64,000 nucleotides of DNA from Nitrospinales bacterium (GCA_965223345.1 CBDCWG010000012.1:576001-640000), one strand, 5' to 3'; positions 1 through 10,046 are shown, numbered from the stretch's first letter. Program-made: numbers and translations. The notes: generated by a model not told the origin, from the sequence alone.

Positions 1-1
1 G

Positions 2-538
2 GTTGACACGGAGGAAGCCTGCACCGTTACGGGGAATACCGGCGACTTCATCACAAAAACCAACCCGGTCACCAAAGCCTGCCACGTATGCTCCAAGGAC
101 GACTGGACGCCCCCATCCCCACCCACTCCCATTGACACAACGGGCGGTGGTGGGGTTTCCGGCGGTACTGCGAGTGGGGGAGGATTGAGCACGAGTGGGG
201 ATTCCTCAGGTAAAATGAAGTGCCAGTTGTATTCGGGGTATATTTTTTCTACAGAACCGGGCGCGAAGTTCAATGTTTTGCAGGCAAAAAAACCGGACCC
301 CCGGGGTTATATCGAGTTCCTTTATACTGTGGGGGTGAAAACCGACCGGTTCAATTCTATCGAAAGAGCTCGTAAAGACGCCGAGAGGATCGTGAAAGAA
401 GGAACCCGTGCGAAGCAATACGTTTTCGCCTTGCGGGATAGTAGTAAGGATGCATTTTGCAATTTCATTGAGAGCCAATGCGATATGAATGTGTCTTCCG
501 TGAATATTGCGGCGAAGGGTTGTGGGTGGTCGAAATAG
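2..538 (+). CDS. Cys-rich hypothetical protein, 5'-truncated by the window edge; paralog of 608-1294
   Basis: The frame of ORF 185..538 is open back to position 2 (VDTEEACTVTGNTGDFITKTNPVTKACHVCSKDDWTPP...). It aligns by eye with ORF 608-1294 (CLLCSLDDWTP; GKxKC...GYxFST...FNVL...FALR...FC...C...KGCGWS). Confidence 0.8.
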   Translation, partial: VDTEEACTVTGNTGDFITKTNPVTKACHVCSKDDWTPPSPPTPIDTTGGGGVSGGTASGGGLSTSGDSSGKMKCQLYSGYIFSTEPGAKFNVLQAKKPDPRGYIEFLYTVGVKTDRFNSIERARKDAERIVKEGTRAKQYVFALRDSSKDAFCNFIESQCDMNVSSVNIAAKGCGWSK

Positions 539-607
539 GATTGATAGAATTATAGAACGAACCCGGCAGTGGGAACACCGGTTCGTTAAAACAAATCATC
601 TATCTCA

Positions 608-1294
608 TTGAGAATTGGAATGAATGTTCGGAATTTGATCTGTGCTCTGATCGTATTGATGGGTTCCTCAAGTGGCGGGAATCTTGCCCACGCGCTTTCT
701 CTGGATGGTACGTGCTCCAACTGGAGGGTGGGAACCCTGACGGATTCAAGCGGCAAGAACCGGGAGGCCGAAGCAAAGTCGATTTGCACGAACCTCGGAA
801 AATCCCCAGGTGTCATCACCGTGTTCGACCCAAGAAATCAGACTTGCCTGTTGTGCTCTCTCGACGACTGGACACCCGCCTCTTCATCCTCCTCCGCCAC
901 GCCATCGGATGGTGATGGTCCATCTGAGGAAGAAGAAAAAGTCGCTTCGGGGGGTACGATTTCCGGCAAACCCAAATGCCATTTACGCACGGGTTATCTT
1001 TTTTCGACCAAAAAGGATACAGAGTTCAATGTCTTGAAAGAAAGAAATCCCCAAAAAAATGATTACTACTGGCACTACTTTACGGTTGCTACCCCATCAA
1101 AACGGTTCAAGCATCGCATCCCCAAAGCCCGCAAGGAAGCGCAGAGGATTATCGCTGAAGGCAATCAAGGAAGACAATACGATTTTGCCCTGCGAGGCAG
1201 TTTGGATGACTTTTGCAAATACCTCAAAAATGAATGTGATATCGAAAACTCTGTCTTGAAGTCTGTAGGCAAAGGGTGCGGGTGGTCCCAATAA
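608..1294 (+). CDS. Secreted Cys-rich hypothetical protein with two domains joined by a Ser/Pro/Gly/acidic linker
   Basis: Signal-peptide-like N-terminus ending in AHA (likely start ATG at 620). Cys pattern conserved with the upstream paralog. Confidence 0.8.
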   Translation: MRIGMNVRNLICALIVLMGSSSGGNLAHALSLDGTCSNWRVGTLTDSSGKNREAEAKSICTNLGKSPGVITVFDPRNQTCLLCSLDDWTPASSSSSATPSDGDGPSEEEEKVASGGTISGKPKCHLRTGYLFSTKKDTEFNVLKERNPQKNDYYWHYFTVATPSKRFKHRIPKARKEAQRIIAEGNQGRQYDFALRGSLDDFCKYLKNECDIENSVLKSVGKGCGWSQ

Positions 1295-1394
1295 ATTTAC
1301 AGGATCGTGCAGCACTTTTGCAGCGAAAGAAGGATGTGACTTTGACCCGTTAGGGTCTCTTACCCTTTTGATCCAATTTAGAAAAGAGCATGCA

Positions 1395-1775
1395 ATGAAC
1401 CGCGAATTACGATCCTGCATGTCAAACGCCAAATGGCGAAAATTATTCAAGGTGGTGAATAAGGACACGATTGAATTGAACATGTGCACCTGGAAACTCT
1501 TGGATGAAGAGCAGCCTCTGTCGGGATATCTTCCAAACTATCAGGAGTTGGGTGACGACTATGTCGGGGATTGCGGTGCGTTGAATGGTCCTTTTGAGTA
1601 TCGCCTGATCGAATGGCTGTTGATTCCCGCGAAACACGGATATCAACCCTATGACAAGGCACCGGTTCAGTATCTTTTTCAGGATCTTGCTGACATCCGG
1701 AAAAAATTGGATGCGGTTGGGCAATTCGAGTACGAAAACAGCGAGACGGGACTGAAAATTTTTGGATATAGATGA
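1395..1775 (+). CDS. Conserved hypothetical protein (resembles DUF6678-type 'MSNxKWRxL' proteins)
   Basis: ORF 1368..1775 with ATG at 1395. Motifs MSNAKWRKLF, GPFEYRLIEWL and a terminal IFGYR. Family recalled, not searched. Confidence 0.6.
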   Translation: MNRELRSCMSNAKWRKLFKVVNKDTIELNMCTWKLLDEEQPLSGYLPNYQELGDDYVGDCGALNGPFEYRLIEWLLIPAKHGYQPYDKAPVQYLFQDLADIRKKLDAVGQFEYENSETGLKIFGYR

Positions 1776-1822
1776 GGAAGCTCCATTCCGTATTCCCGAT
1801 CCCATCACGCCAACGAATATAA

Positions 1823-2224
1823 ATGGATAGCATGTTTCGCAGACAGGTATTAGGATCTGTCGTTATTTTGACTTGGCTGGTACTGATATTTTTTTTATGG
1901 GGCCCGATGCGGTGGGAATTCGCCCATACCTATGAAATTTCAATCAAAGACATTGCAGACTCGCTGCCTGCTCCCACAGTGATATTCGCCCTTCCGGTAT
2001 TGGGGCTTGGAAACTCAGATTTGATTTCATGGGGAATAACCGCGGGATTCTGGGGGATCGCCTGGTTGGGCCCGGTGGTTTTGTTTATTGGAATTTGGCG
2101 TGCCCGCCATCGAGAGCAACTTGTGGATTGGATGCTGTTTGGAGGATTTCTTTACGGCGTTTTCATTCTGTTCTTGGGGGCCTGGTTTGTCTTCAGCTTA
2201 TGGTTGCCTTTTGGATATCTTTAA
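1823..2224 (+). CDS. Small membrane protein (about 3 TM)
   Basis: 133-aa ORF with several hydrophobic segments. Confidence 0.65.
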   Translation: MDSMFRRQVLGSVVILTWLVLIFFLWGPMRWEFAHTYEISIKDIADSLPAPTVIFALPVLGLGNSDLISWGITAGFWGIAWLGPVVLFIGIWRARHREQLVDWMLFGGFLYGVFILFLGAWFVFSLWLPFGYL

Positions 2225-2349
2225 CTCAAAAGAATATGAAAAGGCACCTGCATTTCATTTCAGACTTTAATTCGAACTTCGTATGGCCTACAAAACTGCT
2301 ATTTGTACATGGCACGGCAGAGGAGAAGGAAATGCGACGATGAGTAAGA

Positions 2350-2841
2350 TCACTCGGTCAAATAAAGCACGATGCTGAATGTTCTCTCTTCGCCATGATG
2401 GTTGAAAGGAAATACCTGTAAGAAAGGACCCATGATCGGCAGTCGGGCAATGTATGAGCTTTTGTTATGCGGGCGGCCGTGCCAGCTGGCCTTGCCGGAA
2501 ACTGTGATCATCCTCGGATTCTGCGACCCGGAAAAATTCTCATCGTATGTGACGTACCTTCGCGATCCCCACTTGCCATTCTGATCATACGCGAAAACCA
2601 CGCCTAAAGAAACCGGCTCTTCATCAAACGCTCTCTGCTCAAACTCTACCGCAATATTCACATAACGATACCCATCCACCTCCGTATAGATCCCTGTGCT
2701 GATTCCGGTATTCGCCGGGATGCTTGCACCATCATAGATGGCGATGGTCTTCGATTGGACCACAGAGCCGTTGGGCGAGACGCATCCCTGGATGGTCATT
2801 GCCAGCAAAACAAAAACCACAATACGCAGCATGGATTTCAA
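2350..2841 (-). CDS. Hypothetical lipoprotein
   Basis: Basic N-terminus, hydrophobic stretch and lipobox IQGC, then a beta-rich body. Confidence 0.7.
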   Translation of the reverse strand: MKSMLRIVVFVLLAMTIQGCVSPNGSVVQSKTIAIYDGASIPANTGISTGIYTEVDGYRYVNIAVEFEQRAFDEEPVSLGVVFAYDQNGKWGSRRYVTYDENFSGSQNPRMITVSGKASWHGRPHNKSSYIARLPIMGPFLQVFPFNHHGEERTFSIVLYLTE

Positions 2842-2961
2842 CTTCGTGCGAATTCCCCGGTTTGAACGAATCGATGATTTTCAGCACTACCGCACAAATA
2901 CTAACCCAACGATCGCGAATAAGACAGTGGCAAGCACCTAAGTGGATGCTTGCAAAACAAA

Positions 2962-2985
2962 AAACCCAGCTTTTACGCTGGGTTT
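2962..2985 (-). terminator. Rho-independent terminator downstream of ssrA
   Basis: AAACCCAGC-ttttac-GCTGGGTTT hairpin, followed by a T-rich run on the minus strand. Confidence 0.7.
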
Positions 2986-3097
2986 GGACCTTGTTGGATT
3001 TCGTTGGATGTGAAACTGCTGGAGGCTCGGGGAACAAGCTCGAGCCGAAACCAAAAAACGCGGTACGGCGTGAGCAAACTCGCCATCCGCGCAGGAT

Positions 3098-3458
3098 TGG
3101 TGGAGGCGGGGGGAATTGAACCCCCGTCCGAAAGGTTTCAACTAAAGGCGTCTACATGCTTATCCTCTGTATGAAATCTCGCCGTGGCGCTCTCCCAGAG
3201 GCAGGATAATGCCAAAGCCAGTCCCGAAGGATCTCATCCGACAAGTCCGGAACAACCCGGTCGGACCAGCGCGCTGAATGACGTTCGACCCTCTTCCCGC
3301 GGGCATGGAAGAGGCGAACGGTAGCTAACTTAAATTAAGCAGCTACAGCTACTTCATAATCGTTGGCGATTATGTTTTATGCCGTTTTTTAACGGGCCAA
3401 CGGCATCCCGTGCATGCAACCTTCGTCTCATTCCTCCCGTCGAACCCAAATCGCCCCC
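3098..3458 (-). ncRNA. ssrA: tmRNA
   Basis: Minus strand begins GGGGGCGA and ends GGGGGTTCAATTCCCCCCGCCTCCACCA (361 nt). Tag ORF at 3367-3335 reads ANDYEVAVAA-stop. Confidence 0.97.
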
Positions 3459-3498
3459 AAAAGGGTGAATGGTGTGGATGAAAAATTCCTATATACTC

Positions 3499-3526
3499 AC
3501 TATAGCAAGATACCTTGCGATTGCAA
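3499..3526 (-). promoter_or_regulatory. Candidate sigma70 promoter of ssrA
   Basis: Minus strand TTGCAA-16 nt-TATAGT with an extended -10 TG. Confidence 0.5.
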
Positions 3527-3645
3527 GAAACCCGCATGGCAATATGGAGGATTTTGACCCTCCTCCTCTATATAAGATGCAAATTGCGGCTCTAGGTTGC
3601 GGCGAAATCGTTAAAGTTATTGATTAACCGGACGTTCGGTATACT

Positions 3646-4899
3646 ATGACAGCGGATTCACCCCCTCCAAACCTGACCCTCCTTTCCCTGCAATACCATA
3701 GCTATCCGGATGCGGTGGGAGGCGCCTGGGGGCTGACGTACGAGGTCAACAAGCGGCTGGTCCAGCGGGGCTTCAACGTGCATTGCATCACCTGCAAACC
3801 TGTGGAAAGCCTGCCCGCAAGCGAGCGCATCGAAGGCATCCACTATCACCGGATTCGCACTCAGGACAGCAAGGGGTTTTTCCGGCTCGGGCGCGGCGTG
3901 AAAAAAAAGATCCACGCCGTCCTCAAAGAAGGGCCGATCGATCTCGTTCACATCCACAATCCCCTCATCGGCTACCTCGCCCTCAAGCACCCGGCGCTGC
4001 GCTCGGTGCCCCGGGTCTACCATTTCCACAGTTCCTGGTACGACGAGGAAAAAATCAACCGCGAAGCGGTCCGGCCCGAGGGCGGCATGGAAAACGTCTG
4101 GTTCGACATGAAGCTGGCGTTTTCCCTTGCGGCCATCCGCCGTATGGAACGGACCGCCATCCGGGCCTGCGGCAGCATCCTGTTTTTGAGCCAGTATTCC
4201 CGGGAGCATTTTCTGCAACACTACCCGATGAAAAACATCCGCCTGCGCGTGATTCCGGGCGGCGTCGATGTGGATGAGTTTCACCCCGCAGACTCACCCG
4301 AGTCCCTCGCCGCGCTGCGCAAGGCGCTGGAATTTCCGGTGGGCCGGCCGCTGTTTTTGACAGTGCGCCGCCTGGAGCCGCGCATGGGGCTCAAAAACCT
4401 CATCGTCGCCGCGGAAAAACTGCGTTCCCGCTCTCCCGAACTGGATTTTCAGATCTGGATCGCAGGCAAAGGATCGCTGCGCGCACCGCTCAAGGCCCTG
4501 ATCGAGGAGAAAAAACTCACCGGCACCGTCCGGCTTCTGGGGCTGGTGCCGCGGGACACCCTGCCCTCCCTCGTGCGCTCGGCCGATCTTTTCATCCTGC
4601 CGACGCAACGCATCGAGGGTTTCGGCCTCGCCACCGTCGAGGCTCTGGCGAGCGGCGTCCCGGTTCTGGGAACGCCTGTGGGCGGCACCGTCGAAATCCT
4701 CAAAGCCCTCGATCCGCGGCTGCTCCTGCCCGGAACCAGCGCCGATGCCCTCTCCCAGGGCATGGAAAGCTACCTAAAAAATCCCAAACCGTTTTCGGCT
4801 TTGAAAGAAAAATGCCGCCAGCAGGCGGTCTCCAAGTATTCCTGGGAAAAAGTGGTGGATCTTCTGGAAGAGGAATTCCGCTTCGCAGCCGGAAAATGA
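3646..4899 (+). CDS. GT4 family glycosyltransferase
   Basis: GT-B motifs IPGGVD, RLEPRMG and EGFGLATVEALASGVPV. Confidence 0.92.
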   Translation: MTADSPPPNLTLLSLQYHSYPDAVGGAWGLTYEVNKRLVQRGFNVHCITCKPVESLPASERIEGIHYHRIRTQDSKGFFRLGRGVKKKIHAVLKEGPIDLVHIHNPLIGYLALKHPALRSVPRVYHFHSSWYDEEKINREAVRPEGGMENVWFDMKLAFSLAAIRRMERTAIRACGSILFLSQYSREHFLQHYPMKNIRLRVIPGGVDVDEFHPADSPESLAALRKALEFPVGRPLFLTVRRLEPRMGLKNLIVAAEKLRSRSPELDFQIWIAGKGSLRAPLKALIEEKKLTGTVRLLGLVPRDTLPSLVRSADLFILPTQRIEGFGLATVEALASGVPVLGTPVGGTVEILKALDPRLLLPGTSADALSQGMESYLKNPKPFSALKEKCRQQAVSKYSWEKVVDLLEEEFRFAAGK

Positions 4900-4969
4900 A
4901 TGGAGTTTTTCCGCCAGAATCCGAAACGTTGATAGAGGCCCCTTTTTTCTAAAACAACTCCGACCCCGC

Positions 4970-7105
4970 ATGAAAAAATTCGTTCCCGCTTTGATCCTCG
5001 CCGCCGCGATCGCTTGCGTCTACGGCAACACCCTCAACCATTCGTTTCACTTCGACGACATCCCCTCGATCCTGGAAAAACCCTGGGTGCGCGGTCTCGA
5101 CAAGATCCCTGAGTTCATCTTCAGTTTCTGGCAGCGCCCGCTGGTCATTTTGTCTTTCAACCTCAACCACGCTGTCAGCGGGTTCGAGGTGTGGAGCTAT
5201 CATCTGTTCAACATCACCGTCCACGCCGTCACCGCGTTTTGCGTTTTCCTGCTCGCCCGGCTCATGCAAACTGCAGCCTGTGCCAAAAAACCGCAAGGCG
5301 TGTGGCAACACTTTCCCCTGCTTGCCGCCCTGTTGTTCGCGTTGCACCCTTTGAACACGCAATCGGTGACCTACATTTCCAGCCGCTCTTCCATCCTGGC
5401 GACCCTGTTCTATGTGGCGGCGGTGTGGTGTTGCTTTCGGGGCATGCTGATAAAACGCCAAACCGATGCCGCCCCGGAAAAAAAGTCAACGGCGGCAAAA
5501 GCCTTAGGTTTGTGGGCGGCCGCAGGGGTCAGCTTCTTGTTGGGAGCCCTTTCGAAACAGATCGTCTGGACGCTGCCTGCGATTCTGTTTCTGTTTCATT
5601 ATTATTTTTTTTCAACCGGCTCGTTCACGGACTGGCTCAAGCGCAGCGGCAAATGGCTCGCTCTCACCGGGATGCCGCTTGCGGCTTTTCTCGCCTACAA
5701 GCATTTCGCAGGCGGAGGGCTTGCGTCCGCGTCGGAAACGCCCTATTCCTGGAGCACGTATCTACTCACTCAGACCTTCGTCGTTCCCTTCGAGTATTTT
5801 CGAAAACTTCTGTTTCCGTTCAATCTCAATATCGACATCCATCACCCCATCAAATCGGATTGGAGCGATCCGGCAAACTGGATGGGAATAGCCGTCCTCA
5901 TGATTTTTATTGGCGTCTGCATTCACTTCTCCAGACGCCGCGCAAACGCCGATGAAAGGATTGGTGAAAATGCAAAATCAGCCGAAGTGAAATTTTTCAA
6001 CGCCTGCCTGGGATTCGGCCTTGCCTGGATCGGGATCACACTGCTGCCGACATCGAGCGTCGTTCCCCTGCTCGATGTGGCGGTCGAACACCGCACCTAC
6101 CTGCCGATGGTGGGGTTTTGCCTGATTCTCGCAGCCATGCTTTGCCGGCTGTATGCCGCGTTTTCTTCATCCGGCGTTACCGTTCGCAAACCCACAGCCT
6201 TTGTGCCTGCGCTGTGCACGGCTCTGATCCTGATCCTGTTTGCAGCGGGCGCTGTGGATCGCAACGCAGTCTGGCAAAACGAGATCACTCTGTGGAGCGA
6301 TGCGAAAAAAAAATCACCCAACCTCACCCGGCCCTATAACAATCTTGGAGAGGCTTACGATCAACGCGGGGAATACGACAAAGCCATTCCGGAATTCGAG
6401 GCAGCGCTCAAGCTCAACCCACGCTATTTTTTCGCCCTCAACAACCTGGGGAATGTTTACGGCAAGAATAAAGACTACAGCAAGGCCATTCATTATTTTG
6501 AAAAAGCCCTGGCCGAAAAACCCGACTACCCTCCGGCACTGTACAACCTGGGCCGGGCGCTGCACCTCACCGGCAAGCCCGATCGGGCGCTCGCCGCTTA
6601 CCGCAAAGCCGTGGCGCACAATCCCTATTTTGAAGAAGCTCACTACAACCTCGCCAATCTCGCCCTGCAGTTCGGCCTGATCGACGAATCCGTGCAGAAC
6701 TTCCAGCGCTTCGTCGCCATGCGCCCCGAGCATCCCGAGGCCCGCTTCGGGCTGGGAAACGCCTACGCGATGGGCGGCAAGTTTGAGTCCGCGCTCGATC
6801 AGTTTCGGCAAGCGGTGCAGCTCAAACCCGGTTTTCTGCTTCCCATCGTCGGCATCGCCAACCTGCACCTGCAAAAAGGCAATGTGGACGCGGCTCTCGC
6901 CACCTACGGCGCTGCGCTGACGGTCAAACCGCACGCCGGCATCCACAAAAACCTGGGCATGATCTACTACCGTTTCAAGCAAAATCGCCCGAAGGCGCTG
7001 TTTCATTTCCTCGAATCGCTGAAGCTCGAACCGGCACAGCCCCAGGCCCCGGCCTTGCAAGCCATCGTCGCTGAATTGCAGAACGCGGAAGAAACGAAAT
7101 CCTGA
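4970..7105 (+). CDS. TMTC-like membrane GT-C glycosyltransferase with C-terminal TPRs
   Basis: FHFDD, LFALHP..TQSVTYISSR and EHRTYLP motifs, multiple TMs, then TPR repeats (YNNLG...). Confidence 0.88.
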   Translation: MKKFVPALILAAAIACVYGNTLNHSFHFDDIPSILEKPWVRGLDKIPEFIFSFWQRPLVILSFNLNHAVSGFEVWSYHLFNITVHAVTAFCVFLLARLMQTAACAKKPQGVWQHFPLLAALLFALHPLNTQSVTYISSRSSILATLFYVAAVWCCFRGMLIKRQTDAAPEKKSTAAKALGLWAAAGVSFLLGALSKQIVWTLPAILFLFHYYFFSTGSFTDWLKRSGKWLALTGMPLAAFLAYKHFAGGGLASASETPYSWSTYLLTQTFVVPFEYFRKLLFPFNLNIDIHHPIKSDWSDPANWMGIAVLMIFIGVCIHFSRRRANADERIGENAKSAEVKFFNACLGFGLAWIGITLLPTSSVVPLLDVAVEHRTYLPMVGFCLILAAMLCRLYAAFSSSGVTVRKPTAFVPALCTALILILFAAGAVDRNAVWQNEITLWSDAKKKSPNLTRPYNNLGEAYDQRGEYDKAIPEFEAALKLNPRYFFALNNLGNVYGKNKDYSKAIHYFEKALAEKPDYPPALYNLGRALHLTGKPDRALAAYRKAVAHNPYFEEAHYNLANLALQFGLIDESVQNFQRFVAMRPEHPEARFGLGNAYAMGGKFESALDQFRQAVQLKPGFLLPIVGIANLHLQKGNVDAALATYGAALTVKPHAGIHKNLGMIYYRFKQNRPKALFHFLESLKLEPAQPQAPALQAIVAELQNAEETKS

Positions 7106-7180
7106 GGCAGGCTGCCAGTGAGTGCGGACACTCACTTTTAAATGTGAGATTCGAACAGGAAGGCGAGCTTTAAGCGTCGA

Positions 7181-7564
7181 TCACTCTTTCAGTTTCAGCA
7201 AGTCCTGGATCTTGGCTTTCAGAATATGGGCGTACACCGGTTTGATGATGTAGTTGCGGATGCCCAGTTTCATCGCTTCCATGACCTGCTGTTTTCCCGT
7301 TTCGGAAGTGATCATGAGAAACGGGATCGATTTTAAGGCGGGGTCTTCACGGATGTTTTTATACACATCGATGCCATCGACACCCGGCATGTGCCAGTCG
7401 GTGATGATGAGATGGATTGTATCCGATTTCAGGATCTTGAGCGCGGCCTCTCCATCGCTGGCGCTCACGATATTGGAAAATCCCAGGCTGATCAGATGGT
7501 GTTTGATCAACGTCTGGGAAGCGTTTTCATCGTCCACCACGAGAATCTTGATTTTCTGTTTCAT
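7181..7564 (-). CDS. CheY-like single-domain response regulator
   Basis: ILVVDD, ITDWHMP, FLMIT and YIIKP motifs. Confidence 0.9.
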   Translation of the reverse strand: MKQKIKILVVDDENASQTLIKHHLISLGFSNIVSASDGEAALKILKSDTIHLIITDWHMPGVDGIDVYKNIREDPALKSIPFLMITSETGKQQVMEAMKLGIRNYIIKPVYAHILKAKIQDLLKLKE

Positions 7565-7612
7565 GAATCGGCCCGCAGGCAGTGGGAGGTGGAAGGGGCC
7601 CCTAAAGTCCGG

Positions 7613-7921
7613 TCAGGGGAACAGGATACGGGTTCTCACGATGTGGTCGATGCCGAATCTCGAGTGTATCAGATCCACACGCACATCCTGACCGCCGCCA
7701 TCCGGAAAATCGGCGTATTGCAATTTTTCGAAGAGTTGCAGCGCGTCGTCAATTTCCATGAATCGGCGGGACTCCGGTTTTCCGCCGAGGATTTCCGTGT
7801 GATCCTGGTCCTTTGCGTTCCATTTTTTTCCGACCACCGCGAAATGATTCTCCGGATCCAACGGGTTGCCCCTGGCGTCTTTGCTGGTTTCCTCGCTTTC
7901 CGATGCGGGAGTGGCTGACAT
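7613..7921 (-). CDS. Hypothetical protein
   Basis: 102-aa ORF with an AAAGGAG RBS before the ATG, co-oriented with the receiver gene. Confidence 0.65.
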   Translation of the reverse strand: MSATPASESEETSKDARGNPLDPENHFAVVGKKWNAKDQDHTEILGGKPESRRFMEIDDALQLFEKLQYADFPDGGGQDVRVDLIHSRFGIDHIVRTRILFP

Positions 7922-8093
7922 GATCGCTCCTTTCTTTTTACCGTACTCTCAACCCCATCTTCCGGCTTTGTAAAATAAAAAATGAAACGGCAGCGGAAGA
8001 CATCTCCGGAATCCCGAACGGGGCACAAACTCGGCCTATTTTAATGGATATTTCTTCCTTTGTAGACCGATTTTTTGCCCTCCCTTTTGGCGA

Positions 8094-8122
8094 TTGACAG
8101 AAACTGAATGGTTGTTTAGCAT
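8094..8122 (+). promoter_or_regulatory. sigma70 promoter of the TetR gene
   Basis: TTGACA-17 nt-TAGCAT. Confidence 0.65.
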
Positions 8123-8140
8123 GGAGTATCGAGGTTACGA

Positions 8141-8737
8141 ATGCCCAGACAAAAGGAATACGACCGCGAACACGTGGTTGAAAAAGCGATGCAGGTTTTC
8201 TGGGACAAGGGGTACGAGGGGACCTCCGTCCAGGATCTGGTCAATGCCACCGGCCTCAACCGGTTCGGCATGTATCAGGCCTTTGGTTCGAAAGAGGGTC
8301 TGTTTCTGGAAGCCTTGGACGCGTACCGCAACCGGATCAGCGCGCAGTTGATCCGCATCCTGGAAGAGGGCCCGCCGGGCAAGACCACCCTGCAGGATTT
8401 TTTTCGCAAACTCATTGAGAAATATACCCGTTCGGAAGGATCGCGCGGCTGCCTCATCACCAACACCGCCATCGAATCGCAGCTGCGCGGCAAAGACGCC
8501 CAGTCGCGGGTGAAAAAGCACTTCAGGCGCATCGAGCAGGGGCTGCGCCGCTGCCTGGAAGGCGCGCGGGAAAACCGGGAAATCGACGCCGGCGGGGACC
8601 TTGAAAAATTGTCCCGCTACCTTTTGGGCATCACCCAGGGCCTCGCGGTTTTCGGCCGCACCTTCACCGACGCCCGCACCATGGAGAACATGGTGGAGGT
8701 GGCGCTCAATCATCTGTTTCTCCCGCAAAACCGCTGA
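8141..8737 (+). CDS. TetR/AcrR regulator (ComR/NemR-like)
   Basis: FWDKGYEGTSVQDLV..TGL....MYQAFGSKEGLF HTH and the GCLITN motif. Confidence 0.93.
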   Translation: MPRQKEYDREHVVEKAMQVFWDKGYEGTSVQDLVNATGLNRFGMYQAFGSKEGLFLEALDAYRNRISAQLIRILEEGPPGKTTLQDFFRKLIEKYTRSEGSRGCLITNTAIESQLRGKDAQSRVKKHFRRIEQGLRRCLEGARENREIDAGGDLEKLSRYLLGITQGLAVFGRTFTDARTMENMVEVALNHLFLPQNR

Positions 8738-8823
8738 TTTTTCTGTAAAGGAGCGGCATTTTTTTTGCCCGATATCTAAATGATCGTTCTGGGCCGAACG
8801 GGAACACCCTCAGGAGAGTCTCC

Positions 8824-9261
8824 ATGCAAGCGATGATCGATTTTTTCAAAACCCTATTTTTAATGCCTTTGCACTGGCGCATCTGGGTCGCACTCCTCAT
8901 GGTGCTGAATATGGTGGCGCCGCTGTTTTTCATCACAACGCTGGAAGCCCAGATGGTGTTGCTCGCCATGATGTTGAACGCGGCCACGATGATCGCCATT
9001 TTTGCCCAAAAGGGGTTCGTCCGTCTGCTGGGCCTCGGTCACATCTATTGGCTGCCGCTGGTGGGATGGCTGGCGACGCGTCCGGTTTCCGCCATGGATG
9101 AGGGCCCGATGCTCTCGTGGCTGCTGAGCCTGATGGTGGTCAACAGCATCTCGCTTGTGATCGATACGATCGATGTGATCCGCTATTTTCTCGGAGAAAA
9201 AGCACCCACGCTGGAGTTGCCCGCACGGACCGCGGTGATGGCGGCCAGGAAAGCGGATTAG
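8824..9261 (+). CDS. 4-TM membrane protein, likely a target of the TetR regulator
   Basis: AGGAG RBS, four hydrophobic segments and GFVRLLGLGH motif. Operator-like ATGATCGTTCT lies upstream. Confidence 0.75.
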   Translation: MQAMIDFFKTLFLMPLHWRIWVALLMVLNMVAPLFFITTLEAQMVLLAMMLNAATMIAIFAQKGFVRLLGLGHIYWLPLVGWLATRPVSAMDEGPMLSWLLSLMVVNSISLVIDTIDVIRYFLGEKAPTLELPARTAVMAARKAD

Positions 9262-9269
9262 ACCGGGAA

Positions 9270-10046
9270 TCAGGCGATCGGGGTGCGGCTGCGTTGCTCC
9301 AGCAGCAGGACAAAGCGGGACATCAGCAGGGTCAGTGCGAGGTAGGTGAGGGCCACATAGGTGTAGGTTTCAAAATAATTGAAGTGATTGGTGGCCAGAT
9401 CGTTTCCGACCCGCAGGATGTCGGAGATGGCGAGCACCGAAACCAGGCTGGTGTCTTTCAGCATGCCCAGAATCTGGTTGCCGATGGCGGGGACGATGGT
9501 GCGCATCGCCTGCGGCAGAATGATTTTGTACAGGGCCTGCTGTGGATTCATGCCCAGGCTGCGGGCCGCCTCGCCCTGCTCTTTGGGTATCGCCTCGATT
9601 CCCGCCCGGAACACATCCGCCATGTAGGCGCCGTAACAGGTGCCAAATCCGAGCACCGCCGCTGCGAGAGCGGGGATGTGGAGATACTCGCCCAGCGCAT
9701 AATAGATATAGAATAGCAGAACCAGAAGCGGCACGCCTCTCAGGATCTCTGTATACAGGGAAGCCAATGTCTGCACGGTACGGCTTTGCGATAGTTTGCC
9801 CAGAGCGACCGCGAACCCCACGGCGATGGCGGCCGCACTTCCCAAGAAAGTCACCAGCAGCGTGATGCCGATCCCCTCAGGCAACAGCTTGAGCAGCATG
9901 AGGTAATCCTTGTTTTCCCCTTCGGGCAGATACAGATCGTTGGCCGGCAGATAAACCAGAAACACGATGCTGCCCGCCAGCGCGATGTACCAAGCCCAGT
10001 GCTGCGGTCCCGAGGTATTGCCAACGGATTGCCGGGATGAATTCAT
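9270..10046 (-). CDS. Polar amino acid ABC transporter permease
   Basis: EILRGVPLLV, EAA motif (QGEAARSLGM) and LKDTSL. The start ATG overlaps the stop of the binding-protein gene. Confidence 0.93.
   Translation of the reverse strand: MNSSRQSVGNTSGPQHWAWYIALAGSIVFLVYLPANDLYLPEGENKDYLMLLKLLPEGIGITLLVTFLGSAAAIAVGFAVALGKLSQSRTVQTLASLYTEILRGVPLLVLLFYIYYALGEYLHIPALAAAVLGFGTCYGAYMADVFRAGIEAIPKEQGEAARSLGMNPQQALYKIILPQAMRTIVPAIGNQILGMLKDTSLVSVLAISDILRVGNDLATNHFNYFETYTYVALTYLALTLLMSRFVLLLEQRSRTPIA

Noticed and set aside
538..2900. Integron cassette array
   Set aside because: There are short orphan genes and a hairpin near 557-587, but no convincing RYYYAAC/GTTRRRY attC pairs and no IntI.
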